A stretch of 64,000 nucleotides of DNA from Nitrospirales bacterium. GTDB lineage: Bacteria; Nitrospirota; Nitrospiria; Nitrospirales; UBA8639. Within the stretch, counting starts at the first letter, position 1. Every line of letters begins with the position of its first letter. Below the pieces are notes generated by a model, which saw nothing but the letters and a program-made list of their open reading frames with translations, did no database searches and was not told the DNA's origin. A program made the position numbers and the translations under genes. Positions 11,935 through 33,200 of this stretch are shown in pieces. The stretch covers positions 256,001 to 320,000 of the forward strand of contig CBDBCZ010000016.1 of the NCBI GenBank assembly GCA_965203295.1. Reading direction: 5' to 3'.

Positions 11935-13982
11935 GGGGAGGAGCTACCATTGCTCCAGGCGCCAAGGGCTGGAGGAGCGATGATGCTGCGGAGATACGAC
12001 GGAATAAAGAAGGAGCGGGTTAAAAAGGAAAAACAGATGAGAGGGGAGGAAGAGTATAGCAGTAGATGAAAATTAAGGGTTGCCAACCAGCCTCTGAGTC
12101 TGAGTCTGCTTATTGAGCTCTTGTCATGCCTTCCTAAATTTGTTTCACCCTAGCAACCTAACTGCCTCTCAAAATCTCGCTGGGTAACTTGTTCTTCTGG
12201 CAAGCTATTTATAACACCTAGTCTCGCGGGCCAGACTAACTCTTCGCCGCCTCCATGGGAAAAGTTAGTCTGGCGAAAAGTTAGTCTGGCCCACGAGACT
12301 ATTTAACACCAGAGTCAGATGTGTGGAGTGCATGATGCCTCTTTTGGTATGTGGTCCATGCACAATTAGTTAATCATGCAAGGGAGAATGACATATGACC
12401 TTCACAGCAATTGTGTTTGACACTGTTTTGTATTAGTTTTCCCTATAAGGGGAAATTTTGTGTGTGGGAACACAGTCTTTTTTTCCTTTAATATTAAGGA
12501 GCATTCTGTGTGTGTGTGTGGGGGGGGGGGGGTACACAGTTTTTTTACTGTTTTGTAAGGGGATTAGTAGTGGCAGGAAGATAAATGGGGAGAATATGAC
12601 AAACTACGTTCAGAAATCAAGAAATTGGTATGTAAAAAGAATAATATTAGGTAGTTGGAATAAGGTGATTGAAATAGCTAATAAAGAAAAACAGGAAAAA
12701 AGTTTGGGTATTTGTTGGTGGGATTTCAAAAGGTAGTCGTAAGGATATTGCTGTTTTGAGGAGTACTTCAGGTTCATGTGTAACCAGTATATACTACATG
12801 TAAGTAATATGTATATACCAGTTGGCAGTGCATTATGGGATTTAATTAGTGCGCGAGGACAAGTAACAGTCAGATAATGCATTATGAATGGTTGGGTACA
12901 GCGGCAATGGAATAGCTAATCTGCTAAAAGTCTATAGTTTGGACAGTGGAGAGTATTCTTCAACAATGGAGACAAGGGTTATTAATTGTTAGCTTGTATA
13001 TATAAGAGAGGTGATACACGTGGGTAATTACAGACTATTGAATGTGGTAGGAAAACTGTTTTGTAAAATAATTGAGATTAGAATCAGAAAGGGCTCTTCA
13101 TGAGGGTCAGGCAGGAGTTAGAGACAAAAGGAGTTGAGTTTGGCATGAAGCCTTATGGTTTAAGGTACCGGGTATGAGAGCTTGGGTTAGGGGTAGGATG
13201 TGGAGAGTTGTGTATGACATTACACAGAGTGCTGCTTACCTGGAGGGAAAAAAATCCAAACCATTCAATATATAGGTCAGGGGGTGGCACAAGGTATCCT
13301 CATTTCCATTGTTATCAATCAGTTGTTAGATGAGGTTGAGAAGGCTGATTGGAATTAGTCAAATAAGAAAGATGTTAAGGTTAAGGGTCTGATGTTTCTT
13401 GTTGTTGATTTTGTACGTTTAACTGTGACAAAGTTGGGGTTACCTGACTGAACTTTGTCTGATCTAGTTGCTTGACTGTTAGACAATGGCAGCGGTATTT
13501 CATTTGTGTGCTTCTTGCTTTATTTGTTTGTTTTTCCTTATTTGGTTAGGTCTTGTACAGGAAGTGTGTGTTCATGTCATACAGGATGCTGTGTTCATTT
13601 CCCTAGAAAGGTCACTTATTCATCTAGTTAGTTTGATTTCCTGTACAGTTTCAAGGATTAAGGAAGTTGCCTCTTCCTCTTGGGAATATTATTTCATCAT
13701 CTTCATTTAGTTAAGAAGCACTGGATTCTGTATTGGGACACTATGGTTTGAAAGACTAGTTAAGAGTTTTGCTTTGGATTTCATGGTTCATGGGGCTAGG
13801 CATCACTGAGAGGCACATCCTAGACTCTCTCCTAGATCCACCCCTAAGCTGATGTTTTGTACATGTAAAGAAATCACCAAAGTTTTCAAACAGCCTGTTT
13901 CCATGCCCAGACCCCCCTAAAGGGTGTAGTTTGCACACAGACACACATCTGTTTACTCAGATATAGTAGCTATGGTTTACTC

Positions 13983-14555
13983 GGTGTCATCCCATTTCGT
14001 CTAATCCCACTTCATCTAATCCCATTTCGTTTCGTCTAACAAAATGTAGATATGTCCTATTTCGTCCAAAACTTTAAAAAGTTTTTTTTTTCCAGTTCAG
14101 TTACAGTGAGTCCGTCTTACAAACCGTTAGAATGACTATCTAGGTTACAGTTCACCCGCCTCCTGTCCTGTTATGGCATCTCCAATAGGTCTGCCTGTCT
14201 GCAGTTCTTCTGTTGAGGGTATATTTGCGCCCCTAAATTAATAATGTGATCGAGTGATCAAGCTCCTCTGATGGTAGTAACGAATTCCATTGCTGCTTGC
14301 TAGTAGAATAGAAACCCTCTTGCTTAAGCACAAAGCTAATGGATCTGAGTGTAAGTCAACCCTAACCTTTATTACCCTAGGTACCTACTGGGACAGACAT
14401 GCACAAGTCCAAGGTACTCCCTGGAACAGTTAAGACCGTACGTCACTTTTCCTCACTCTTGATTTGTTTTTATTTAGACGAAATGGGACATGTGCACATA
14501 TTGTTAGACAAAATGGGATTAGACGAAATGGGATTAGACAAAATGGGTATAAATC
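13983..14555. mobile_element. MULE-like non-autonomous element
   Basis: Inverted subterminal repeat arrays (ATCCCATTTCGTCTA)n ... (TAGACGAAATGGGAT)n, with 9 bp flanks GGTTTACTC/TGTTTACTC. Confidence 0.7.
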
Positions 14556-14711
14556 TGTTTACTCCTAGATAGTAGAGTATAAGGATTTCCTCCTCCCCTC
14601 TCCAAAAACAACTCTTCACCCTCAGCAATCCTAGCCATTGATAATATAGGCATAGATAATATAGCCTAACCTATGGCTATATTATCTATGATATAGGTCC
14701 TAGCACTCTCC

Positions 14712-14816
14712 TAGCCTCGTTCCCAGGCTCTACTGCCCAGCTTGTAAAATAACGGCTTATTTTACTACGTGCGAAAAAAAACTGGGCAGTATAAGCTTAG
14801 CCTGGGAGCGAGGCTA
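14712..14816. mobile_element. TAG...CTA MITE with a perfect 9 bp TSD
   Basis: TAGCCTCGTTCCCAGGCT...AGCCTGGGAGCGAGGCTA flanked by GCACTCTCC on both sides. A second mini element abuts at 14826-14863. Confidence 0.82.
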
Positions 14817-15102
14817 GCACTCTCCTAGTCTCGCGACCCAGCCAATTCCTGGCTCGAGAGACTAGCACTTTTATTATTAATGATGGCTTGTGGCAGTCCT
14901 GACAGTAAGTGATTGGTCGCTGTTACTACTATCTACAGCTAGTGTGCTGTGCATGGTCGATGTACGTACCTGGTCGGTCATGCTGCTCCACAGGCGCAAG
15001 GCTAGCTGGGAAAATTCAGCCCCTCCCCATTACGTATTGCTATTTCGTCATACTCATTTGTCTCGGCGAATGTCGCAAGATATACTATAGGTAGCTACTG
15101 TG

Positions 15103-19192
<4,090 letters not shown>

Positions 19193-19452
19193 GCCCTTCG
19201 TCATACAATGTAGCACACTTAAAAATATTTTTATGCATGGTGTTGAATTACACAGAATGAGCTATGTATTGTGTGCCCATGCACATATATCAGCATATTA
19301 TGACCTCATGTTTTTATAGTTACGTATAAACAGTGACAGGATGTTATTGCTTTACAGGAAGTGACAGAGCCTGAGATCAATGATGCAATGCAATGAAAAA
19401 TATATAAAAAAATTCTATGACAGTACTTGTATAAAGATGAGTGATTCCTTAA

Positions 19453-23440
<3,988 letters not shown>

Positions 23441-24271
23441 GACTAGTACTGTGATGACATTATACTGCGAGTGGACGTACTTCGGATGTCGGTTTCAACA
23501 TTTCGCGATTCGGTATTACACTTTTTAATATAGAGCAAGAAGTATGTTTACAAGCATGGCCCCACCCAGGCGCCTAGGCCAGGCCAGCACCGGAAATGCT
23601 GCATAAGTTTTTCAAACTACCTATTAAAAGAGATAGCTATTAAACCTCCGCGCCACCGTGTTCGCTACTGGTCTTGCGAGCCAGCCCCAAATGGGCTGCC
23701 GCTGGCTAGCTCGCCCTAAAATAGAAGGGCAGCAGGCTAGCCGTGGTTTGAGCAAGAGATATAAGTAGACAGGTGCTTCATGTGCTTTGCTGACATTGAA
23801 CTCTTATCTGCAGCAGTGTGGGACTCGTGCTTATCAAATTTATGTTACAATTTTAATATAAGGTACAACACCCTTTTGCTATTACAAAATGAGTATAGAT
23901 TGTTCACAGCTAAGTGTGGGAGGTGAGGAGGAATTTGGGGAAGATGGAAGGACCACACTGCATAGTCGGTGGGGGGGGTGCATAATGCGGAAACTTGCAT
24001 AGGCCTACTGTGATATTGGTTTCATGCATAGATAACAGTGATTGTCAATATTAATGAGGGGTATACGTTTGTTTCTTTTTCTCTTGGTAATCTACTTCAC
24101 CTCTTCGTTCTTACACATTAACTTTGATCTCAGGCAACTCGTTTCAGCCTTCTTACTAGCAGACATATATAATAAGTGGGAGCATAATACCTCAAAAATG
24201 CGATACACTGGTAATGCGTTACAGCAAAAGTAAATGTGATGACAAATACACAAATAAAAATTAACAGCAGT

Positions 24272-27200
24272 TCAGTTTTTTGGCATCAAAGGCCTGGCAC
24301 TGGCTTCCTCGGGACCCTGTTTCTGCCCCTCCTCCAACCTCTTGATTGTTCTTTTGTGCTTTGAGATCTCAGTGCGCAACTGGGTGATTTCCTGTGTGTG
24401 TGTGTGATACCCAAATTATACTTGAGGTTGTAGACCAAATGTGACCCTTACTACAAAATGTTCAATAACCATATTCTACAGTAGTGAAAACACTACATAC
24501 ACAACAGTGAGGGTTTGAGCACACTGGGGCTACGTATATCTTAGCAAATGAGTAGAAACTCTAGAAGATTAAACTTGCATGTGTATAAGCTAGAGGTCAA
24601 CTTTTGGATTAGGAACTATAAATTGCTGAACAAAATTGCCCAAGGGTTTGCTCCTTCAATGCATCAGAAAATAAGGAAAAAAAAAACGCCCCAAGAAGTA
24701 ATGTTGTCTGAGTTCCCATTCACAGAGGCAGGAGTACGACCTGCTGATGTGCTCTAAGCCGAGACGTTTCCAATCCCGGTTAAGCTCTATTCTCTCTGGC
24801 TGAACCAAGTATATAGTATATAGAATTAGCTGTACAGCGTAGCTTAGAGAGACCGCATGGTGCTGCAAAATTAACCCTTTCAGCGGTAGAGACCCGCTGA
24901 TCCATAAAGCCCATATGAATTTATACAGTGTTTTTATAATTAGGCAGTAATATAAAGCTTGGGCTTTCTTTGGTTTCTTTGGGCAGTAAAGTGGCCTATA
25001 CCGGTGAAAAGGCTTATGACCAGACATGATGTACGCTCACTGTTGCTGCTTTCAGCACTTGCATAGCTACATGTATTGTGAGAACCATCTTCTCTAGCAA
25101 AAGTATGATGCCAACACTGTGACATAATGTAGTATAGAATAAAAAGATTATGACATGGCTAGGTCGATGGATACGTAATTTAGCCAACCCCTCGGTCTCA
25201 GATCTTGTTGTAATGACCCTCTGGCTTTGACCATTGGGCAATCACTCCTTGACCTTCGACCTCAGGTTGGATAAACTTTGTATCCACCTCCCATCCATGA
25301 CATAATACTACATTGTAAACTCTTCAAGAGATGATTAAGCTTTCTGAGAGTGTAAAGAAATCCCAAAAAAACGGGACCTAGCTGGGGATTGAACCCAGAA
25401 CCTTCTGAATACTAGTCAGATGCTCTTACCAATTGAGCTACTGGAGCCCCTTGGCAGAGGAGCAGTAGGCAAGCTTTATATAGCCACTAAACCCACTAGT
25501 TGCACTTCCCAGTACGACCCAGCCAATTCCAAATGTAATTACTCTCTCATTAGGCCTCTCCCCCCATCTAAACATGAGAAACGTGCTACACCCAAACTTA
25601 GCCAAACTACATGTACATGATTGTGATTGTACGTATTCCTACCTGCTTCAGACTTGCATTGTCATCTTTCAGCTTCTTGACATGCATTATCTTCTGCCTC
25701 GTGTTCTGGTGGCCCAGAAGCTTGGCATACTGTTCGCTAGCCTTTACGGCCTGGACGGGTGGAATGACAGTGTGGAAGAACAGACAAGGACACTGGTCAC
25801 ATTGCAGCACACCACACGATTCTTCTCCCACTGCCAGCATGTGAGCATATGCCAACATGACGAGACCCAAATACATGTAGGCCAAAACAGATGCCTGCTC
25901 ATGCAATATCTGCATGGCCACTGCAAGGTACATGTATATGTATATGTACACTTTATCAACTGTTTTGGCTGTTGGGAACATTTCTACTTGGATACTATAT
26001 ATGTAGATATAGCAAAGCCCATTACAGGTGCATTATGATTATGAAATTAGTATGAAGCTAAAGTTAGGCATATTATGTACCTTAAATAAAAGTTGTATCT
26101 ACTGGTCAACTGTGGGTGCTTAATCTAATTAGTAGTTTCATGCTCATACACACCCACTTGCCAAGACATGAACAAAACTACAATGTATGAGGTCTGGTGA
26201 GTTTATCATGCAGTCAGAAGGCCTAATTATTTGCAGGCTGTGAGGAACAGTGTGTAATAAAGAAGGTTTGGGGAGAAGGCTACGGGTCACTAGCATTAGC
26301 AACCACCATATTACCTCTGATTGTGCCATTTCTGTTTGGCTCTGCAGAAGCCTAGTGAGGTCCTCCAACTTATCAATCTGATCCTGAAGAGGGGGGTGTA
26401 AATAATAGTATTAGTTTAATAGCACACCACCAAGTGGTAGCATTGTACACAGTAGAATACATGACCCCAGAAGGTGTGTCAGGGAACTATGAGCACCACA
26501 TTCATGTAGTTAGTGCAGTCAACAGCTTTCCTGTTGTCAATGAAGATTCATTTCATTGACAACCAATTTCCCCCCCGCCAGAAGCAAACTATAAGCCAGG
26601 TATGTTAGGCTTTTGTATGATGGCTTAAAAAGAAAGAGTGAGCCTACCTTACCCTATCTCACATGTATGGGATTAGCCTATCTCACATGTATGGGATTAG
26701 CCTACCTTACCCTATCTCACATGTATGGGATTAGCCTATCTCACATGTATGGGATTAGCCTACCTTACCCTATCTCACATGTATGGGATTAGCCTACCTT
26801 ACCCTATCTCACATGTATGGGATTAGCCTACCTTACCCTATCTCACATGTATGGGATTAGCCTACCTTACCCTATCTCACATGTATGGGATTAGCCTACC
26901 TCACCCTATCTCACATGTATGGGATTAGCCTACCTTACCCTATCTCACATGTATGGGATTAGCCTACCTTACCCTATCTCACATGTATGGGATTAGCCTA
27001 CCTTACCCTATCTCACATGTATGGGATTAGCCTACCTTACCCTATCTCACATGTATGGGATTAGCCTACCTTACCCTATCTCACATGTATGGGATTAGCC
27101 TACCTTACCCTATCTCACATGTATGGGATTAGCCTACCTTACCCTATCTCACATGTATGGGATTAGCCTACCTTACCCTATCTCACATGTATGGGATTAG

Positions 27201-30200
27201 CCTACCTTACCCTATCTCACATGTATGGGATTAGCCTACCTTACCCTATCTCACATGTATGGGATTAGCCTATCTCACATGTATGGGATTAGCCTACCTT
27301 ACCCTATCTCACATGTATGGGATTAGCCACGTGGTAGTGGAATCAAGTGGACACACAAAGCTAAGGTGTCAACACTCAACAGCATGTACGTGTAGGTATT
27401 GTACAATCAGTATCCCTACTTTGGATAGCCTTGTTCACAGGCCACGCAGTAAAGTGATTGAGCACCTTGTTAAGTCTAGTGTAATAATAACATGCACATG
27501 TTAAACATAATATAACATGTACACTTACACGATAAGGTCTGAATCTTTCTTCAAGCTCTTCATAAGCCCTCTCAGCTTGCTCCTTCTCTTCTCTCAGCCT
27601 GTGGAATTGGCATGAAAACATGCGCTTGCAGTCTCTGTTCTCTGTGGCATTAGCGATGACTCTGGTACATGTACACATGTGTATGCTTGTACTACTTTTA
27701 TCAGGAAAGTGTGTCCGACCTAAAACTGCCATATTGTACTCCTCAGGACCCAGACCCTTGGTGAGTATGGCTAACGAACAAGGCAGAGTAAAGTTTCTGT
27801 GCAAGTGATTCTCATATCCACCACCAAATCGAATCCTACATACTGTATATTGAGGGGCCTCAGAACAAAGGCTATCTACACTTCAGTCTAAGAGTGAACT
27901 GTTGTGTCTATGGGGTGTCACACTTGACTCAATGAGCACACACCCCATATATGTACAGTCCCAAATCTTCAAAACACTTGTAGTATCTACCAAACTCTTG
28001 TGCTACAATTTTTAAACCAGCTCTGGATCCTCTATGCCACATATCCTGTGCCAGTACACGTGACACCCTATGAAATCTCAACCCTGCATGATCTTCATAA
28101 GTTTGATTTGTAATGCCCACTGCAGACTAGTGTCTTACATGTAGAAAAACACTTACCGTCGAAGTTCTTCTTCAAGTTCAGCAATTCTTGCAGCCATATC
28201 ACTTTGCATTCTGTAGATTAAATTACAACTTGTAAAAGCACTTTTACTCCAAACAATATTTGCATACCAATGCAATAGAGATTGCTACAATATCTGGCAG
28301 TTTCTACATATGTACATACATGTATATGCCGTTTACTGGTTAAGTATAATAACACTAACTTTGAATTATGTGCTTCTTGCAAGGAGAGTTTCTTCTGAGT
28401 CTCAACCAGCCGTCGACTCATTTCTTGCTTCAGTTTGGTCTCTTGCTCTAGATCTTCCACTACGGTCTGACCCACAGAGCTAGAGAGGCCACGGAAAGGA
28501 GCTTCTTAATTCCTGGCAACTGGTCGTAATTATACATACAGTATAATATGTGTAGACTAAGTACTGTTACTGTTTCCTTACAACTGCATGTACATTACAT
28601 GTACACACATGTACCTTTGAAGTTGCTTTTCTAGGGAAGTGACTCTTTCTTGTTCTTTGTGAAGAGCTCTAGAAAGAGAAGAAATCATCACATAATAAAC
28701 TCATGCTGCTTCTGAAGTGCTTATGTGCATGCAATAACATAAACCTGGAAACACAATGCTTTTACAAAACCAGTCCTATGGTACTCATGCAGCTGCCTTA
28801 GTGCTTACACAACGATCATACACCCACAGATGCAGGAAGCGCTCCAGTCAGAGGACAAGAGCAGAGATTGCACCATCTTGATCAACAAATAAAATATTCT
28901 TCCCAAGTAGTGATATTAAGCTCTACAGAGTATTTTAGTACCTCACAATAACAGCTACTACAATGTAAAACAAAGAAATTACTAAAACATAATATGCTAA
29001 CTGTTTAAGGCATGATCCTCAAATACGGTGAGGTACATGTATATGTATATGCATATGTACGTAGTTTCTAGCAAGAGGAAGAACAGTTACTATAAAATAC
29101 ACAAACGTCTGGTTCATGAGAGGTGTTGCCTTTGGTACTAAGCAGTGGCATTAAGGGGGCATGGTTGTATGACTAGCTACACGTAGCCTAAACTACTCAT
29201 AATGGTAATGCATGTTTACATGAACACCATATTATAGTCATTGGCTCTACATAATGGTTTACTGTTTCAGGTGTTCCACTTCGCTGTTACGGTTGCTCTC
29301 AGTAGCCTTCAGGCCTTCAGCAATGCTCAAAACCTAGATAAATAGCAAACTGATATTAATAATGGCACTAGCCTTATCATTTTGACTCCACTCCGGTTTT
29401 CTAACAGCGTGAAACAAGTCAGATATTTCATATCTGAAAAACAGCTGGAGTCGCTGGCTACAAATCTCCAAAAGTTGCTACAGTTGCATTGTAATGTGCA
29501 ATAGCTAGTGCACATGTGATAGGTGCGGATCGATGCACAGACAAACAAACCTCGGAAGATGGAAAGCATTCTCAGAGCCAGCTGTCCGTGGACTTTGCGC
29601 ACACCCAAATGTAAAAAGCTGGCTGAATGAAAAGTGGCAGGTTTGGCATGCCATTTCCTTCTCCAGACTCTGTTGTAAGTAGTAGGCAACTTTTTTCCAG
29701 CTGCTATAAAGCTGTAAAGTGCATGACAAAACTGCCAACAGACAGCCTATTGTAGGTTTACAGCTGCAATTTGCTTTGCTTGACTTCTCGCTGAGCTGAG
29801 CCACGAGTACTGCTTCAGTTGAACACTTTAGCAAACGCAATATAGCTTGTGTTCCCTGTGTGTAGTCTAAGCAATGCATATACAGCTACAGTAACTCCCC
29901 TTTTGGTGTTGCCAAAACCTGGCTACCATTGTTTTGAATTTTGCAGTCTATAGTAGTCACATGCTCCTTGTTTATACCGGGAACTTATGAGCGCCGCTAC
30001 ACACATACCTACATGTATGTACATCATGTACCTGCTGTAGGTTAGTCTTGAGCATCTGCTCACTATCTTGATGTTCTGCCTTCAGCTTCTCAATCTGAGC
30101 CTTGAGACTGCCACTCTCCGTCTATCATGGAAGAGAGTGGAGTGCTTCTACATGTACATGCAATCTTTGTATGTAGACTTTTCACAAAAGTGGACTAAGG

Positions 30201-33200
30201 TTCCTGCTGTTAGTACAAATGGGCCCCAAATAGTACAGTTACTAAAAAGATGCACCCGGATTAGCTACCTCCTAGAACTGTAGCTGTCATTCATGTACCT
30301 TTTACCCTTCTACACTACACATGAGGATGTGCCAGGCTCGCAGAAGTCAAAATGAAAATATTTAGCTATTATTATTACATTACATTACGTTGTATGATGG
30401 AGCAACACTGGTTAGGACTTACACACAGGCTACGTGTACAATATTACCTCCTCCTCTTTAAGATGGGTAAGTGCAGTATGGTATTCCTGCATCCATTTCT
30501 TGCACTCCTTAGCTCTGCAAATGAGTAACAAGATACCCAATGCTGTTGAGAGAGCTACGTATACATAGTGGCCTTACACAGTTTATCTTGCAGCTGCAGT
30601 GACAGAATTCTAGGTAATCTTTTTGCTTTAGTGAATATGTATTTCAAAACATATGTATATGTTATATGAGGGTATGACACAGTGTGATATATATGTATTG
30701 ACTCTTGAATACACGTACGTACATGTATGCTGAAACTTAATGCTAACTGATGCATTATTATGTCATTCAGAGTTCATGAAGCTGTACTGTCATGAAGACT
30801 GACACTCAACAGAGGGCAGGGCATTAATTAGGCAACAGGACGACTTACTGTTCCTTGCTGGACACTTCCATTGTCATTATCTGGGACTTCAGTACTGCCT
30901 GGTTCTCCCGACTTATCTGCTTCTGGTGGGCTGTGATGAGCACAGTGATTCACTTCTCTCCTCAACCACTTATGTTATAAATTAAATTGACTCACCTAAC
31001 TCCTCCTCAAATGTAAGACACTTGTGTGTCAGCGACTCAAGTGCCTCTTGGTGTTCCGCCTGTTGCCTAAAGTAGTAGAAGCACAAGGTACATTTACACT
31101 TACAGTACCAAAGAGTACAAAAGCAATGCATAGGTATATCCATGACCCAGATGGTTTGTTTTCATTTGATGAAGTATTTTGTCCAATTGGACATAATGTA
31201 ATCGATGTACACTGGACACTACACTCATTATGGTTGAAAGCGGCTTAGTGATATATGTACACCTCAGTAGGTACGCACATGGTCACACTCCTACGGGCCA
31301 GTCCCAGGCACTCAAACATCAGAAGGCCAGTACTGTACTCCATTCATAATAAAGCCCTCATGCTACCTAGTACATGTATGTACATGTAGATATTCTGTAG
31401 ACAGCAGTTCATAGTTGCATGCACATACCTACCGCTAATGAGCAACTAGTTACTTTTGCATAGGGCGTTACGTAGTCGAAAGTATGGCTTCTTATCACTG
31501 CACGTTTGTATGATTCTTCTAAAAGGTGGAAGACTTTGGTATATACAAATCAAACTATGCCTAGCTGTTCATGAGACTAGTTGCTGGACGTGTGAATGCA
31601 TGCAGATGATGGCTATCTTCTTACAGCTCCTTACAGAACCTGCAGTGCACTGTACACATACATACAAGTACACTTAAATGTAATAGTGTCTGTTTCTCTG
31701 CTCACCTATAAATAATTCTACCCTTTTGGGGGTGCGGTTTGCTCAGTGAGTTTAGTCACTACACAGTGTATGTACAAGTATGCATATACACAATGTATAA
31801 GCACTTGCTTTTCTAGCTGACGTTCATTCTCTGCTTTCACTGAGGCAAGGTCTGTTGTCTGATGATCACACTTTTCTCTTAGGCCTTGAATGTCTTCTTT
31901 GGCTGTTCTGAAGTGAAAAAAAATTCCAGAGACATGCAAACTCATACAACAAAATGCCTTGTATGGTGAAAATGTACACTGTGCTCACTTTAGTTGCTGC
32001 TGTAGCACACTGTTCATCTGAGAGTTTTCTGATATTGTTTGTAGAGCACTTGCTAGCTCATCTTGTACTCTGCTCCTAAATATGGAATTCAAATACAGTT
32101 TGCCACTTTAATGGAAACTATTCATGTGTATATGTAGCATGACTACCTTTCATCTTGTGAGTTCTTTAGCTGTTCTTTAAGTGATTGCATCTCTCCAGCA
32201 CACTTTGAAAGCTGCTGGTTTGCAACGGACAGATGTTCATCTGTAACCTGAAATAATATACGTAGTGATCACACAAATCCAGGAGTACATGTACATGAAG
32301 TACAGTATGTGCATATGCCATTTACCATAATATAGCCGGTTATTTTTGAAATTTTGTGTCAGTCAGCAGTAATTTCTGTGGTTTAATTCGATTGGATTAT
32401 TCACTCTATTGCACACTGACTTGGGTGACAGAAAGACAGCGGGTGAGTAACAATGGGGACTAAGTCAATAGCACTTTGTTTCTGGTTCCATAGCCCCCAA
32501 CAAAACTTGCTCACACTTTCAACCTAAATAGCCTAATAGAAGTCTGAACAAGACTGTTTGTGGGAAGAAAATTTTATGGTTCACAGTAGCCTGGTGAATA
32601 CATCCAGCTACAACAGAACTACAATGTAGCCTCGAACCCAGGCCTTCCACGCAGATTTTTTTGCAGCCGTGGCAAAAGTTTTGCCACGGCTGCAAAAAAT
32701 CTGCGTTCGAGGCTACAATAGAACCCTTCAAATGCCAGAGTCCTCTGAATTACCTTGTGGCTTTGCTGGACTTCATCCAAGCTCTCTTGCAAGCTAGTGT
32801 TCACTTTCTCCAAGCCTTTGTGGGATTCTGAATGACAAACAGCATAAAATGTAGCACGATTCAGTCAGACAGCGGGCAGTCTCTACTATAGTGGTCCAGT
32901 TGCTAGGACAATACAGTAGTGTGTTTTCTGGACTAATGACCATCCAGTAAGTAAGTCAAGTTACCCAATCAATAAAATGGGACAAAATAGCTATCCTGGA
33001 CTTTGCCTAGGATAACTATAAGTTTTTACCCATGTGCTGCCGTGTGTATCATTTCCCTGGTGTTGTCTTTAAGAGGAGTTATAGTTTACATTCTCCAGTG
33101 CCAACAGTTACTACACACACACCCACACACTTACATTCCTCCACAGCAATAACTAAGGATGATTTGTGTGGTCCTCACAAACCACATACACATATTACAT

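Noticed and set aside
25373..25450. Functional tRNA-Thr(AGT) gene
   Set aside because: The acceptor stem does not pair properly, so it is treated as a SINE head or pseudogene.
26642..27328. CRISPR-like array of 34 bp repeats
   Set aside because: Units are head-to-tail with no unique spacers, there are no cas genes, and the context is a eukaryotic intron.
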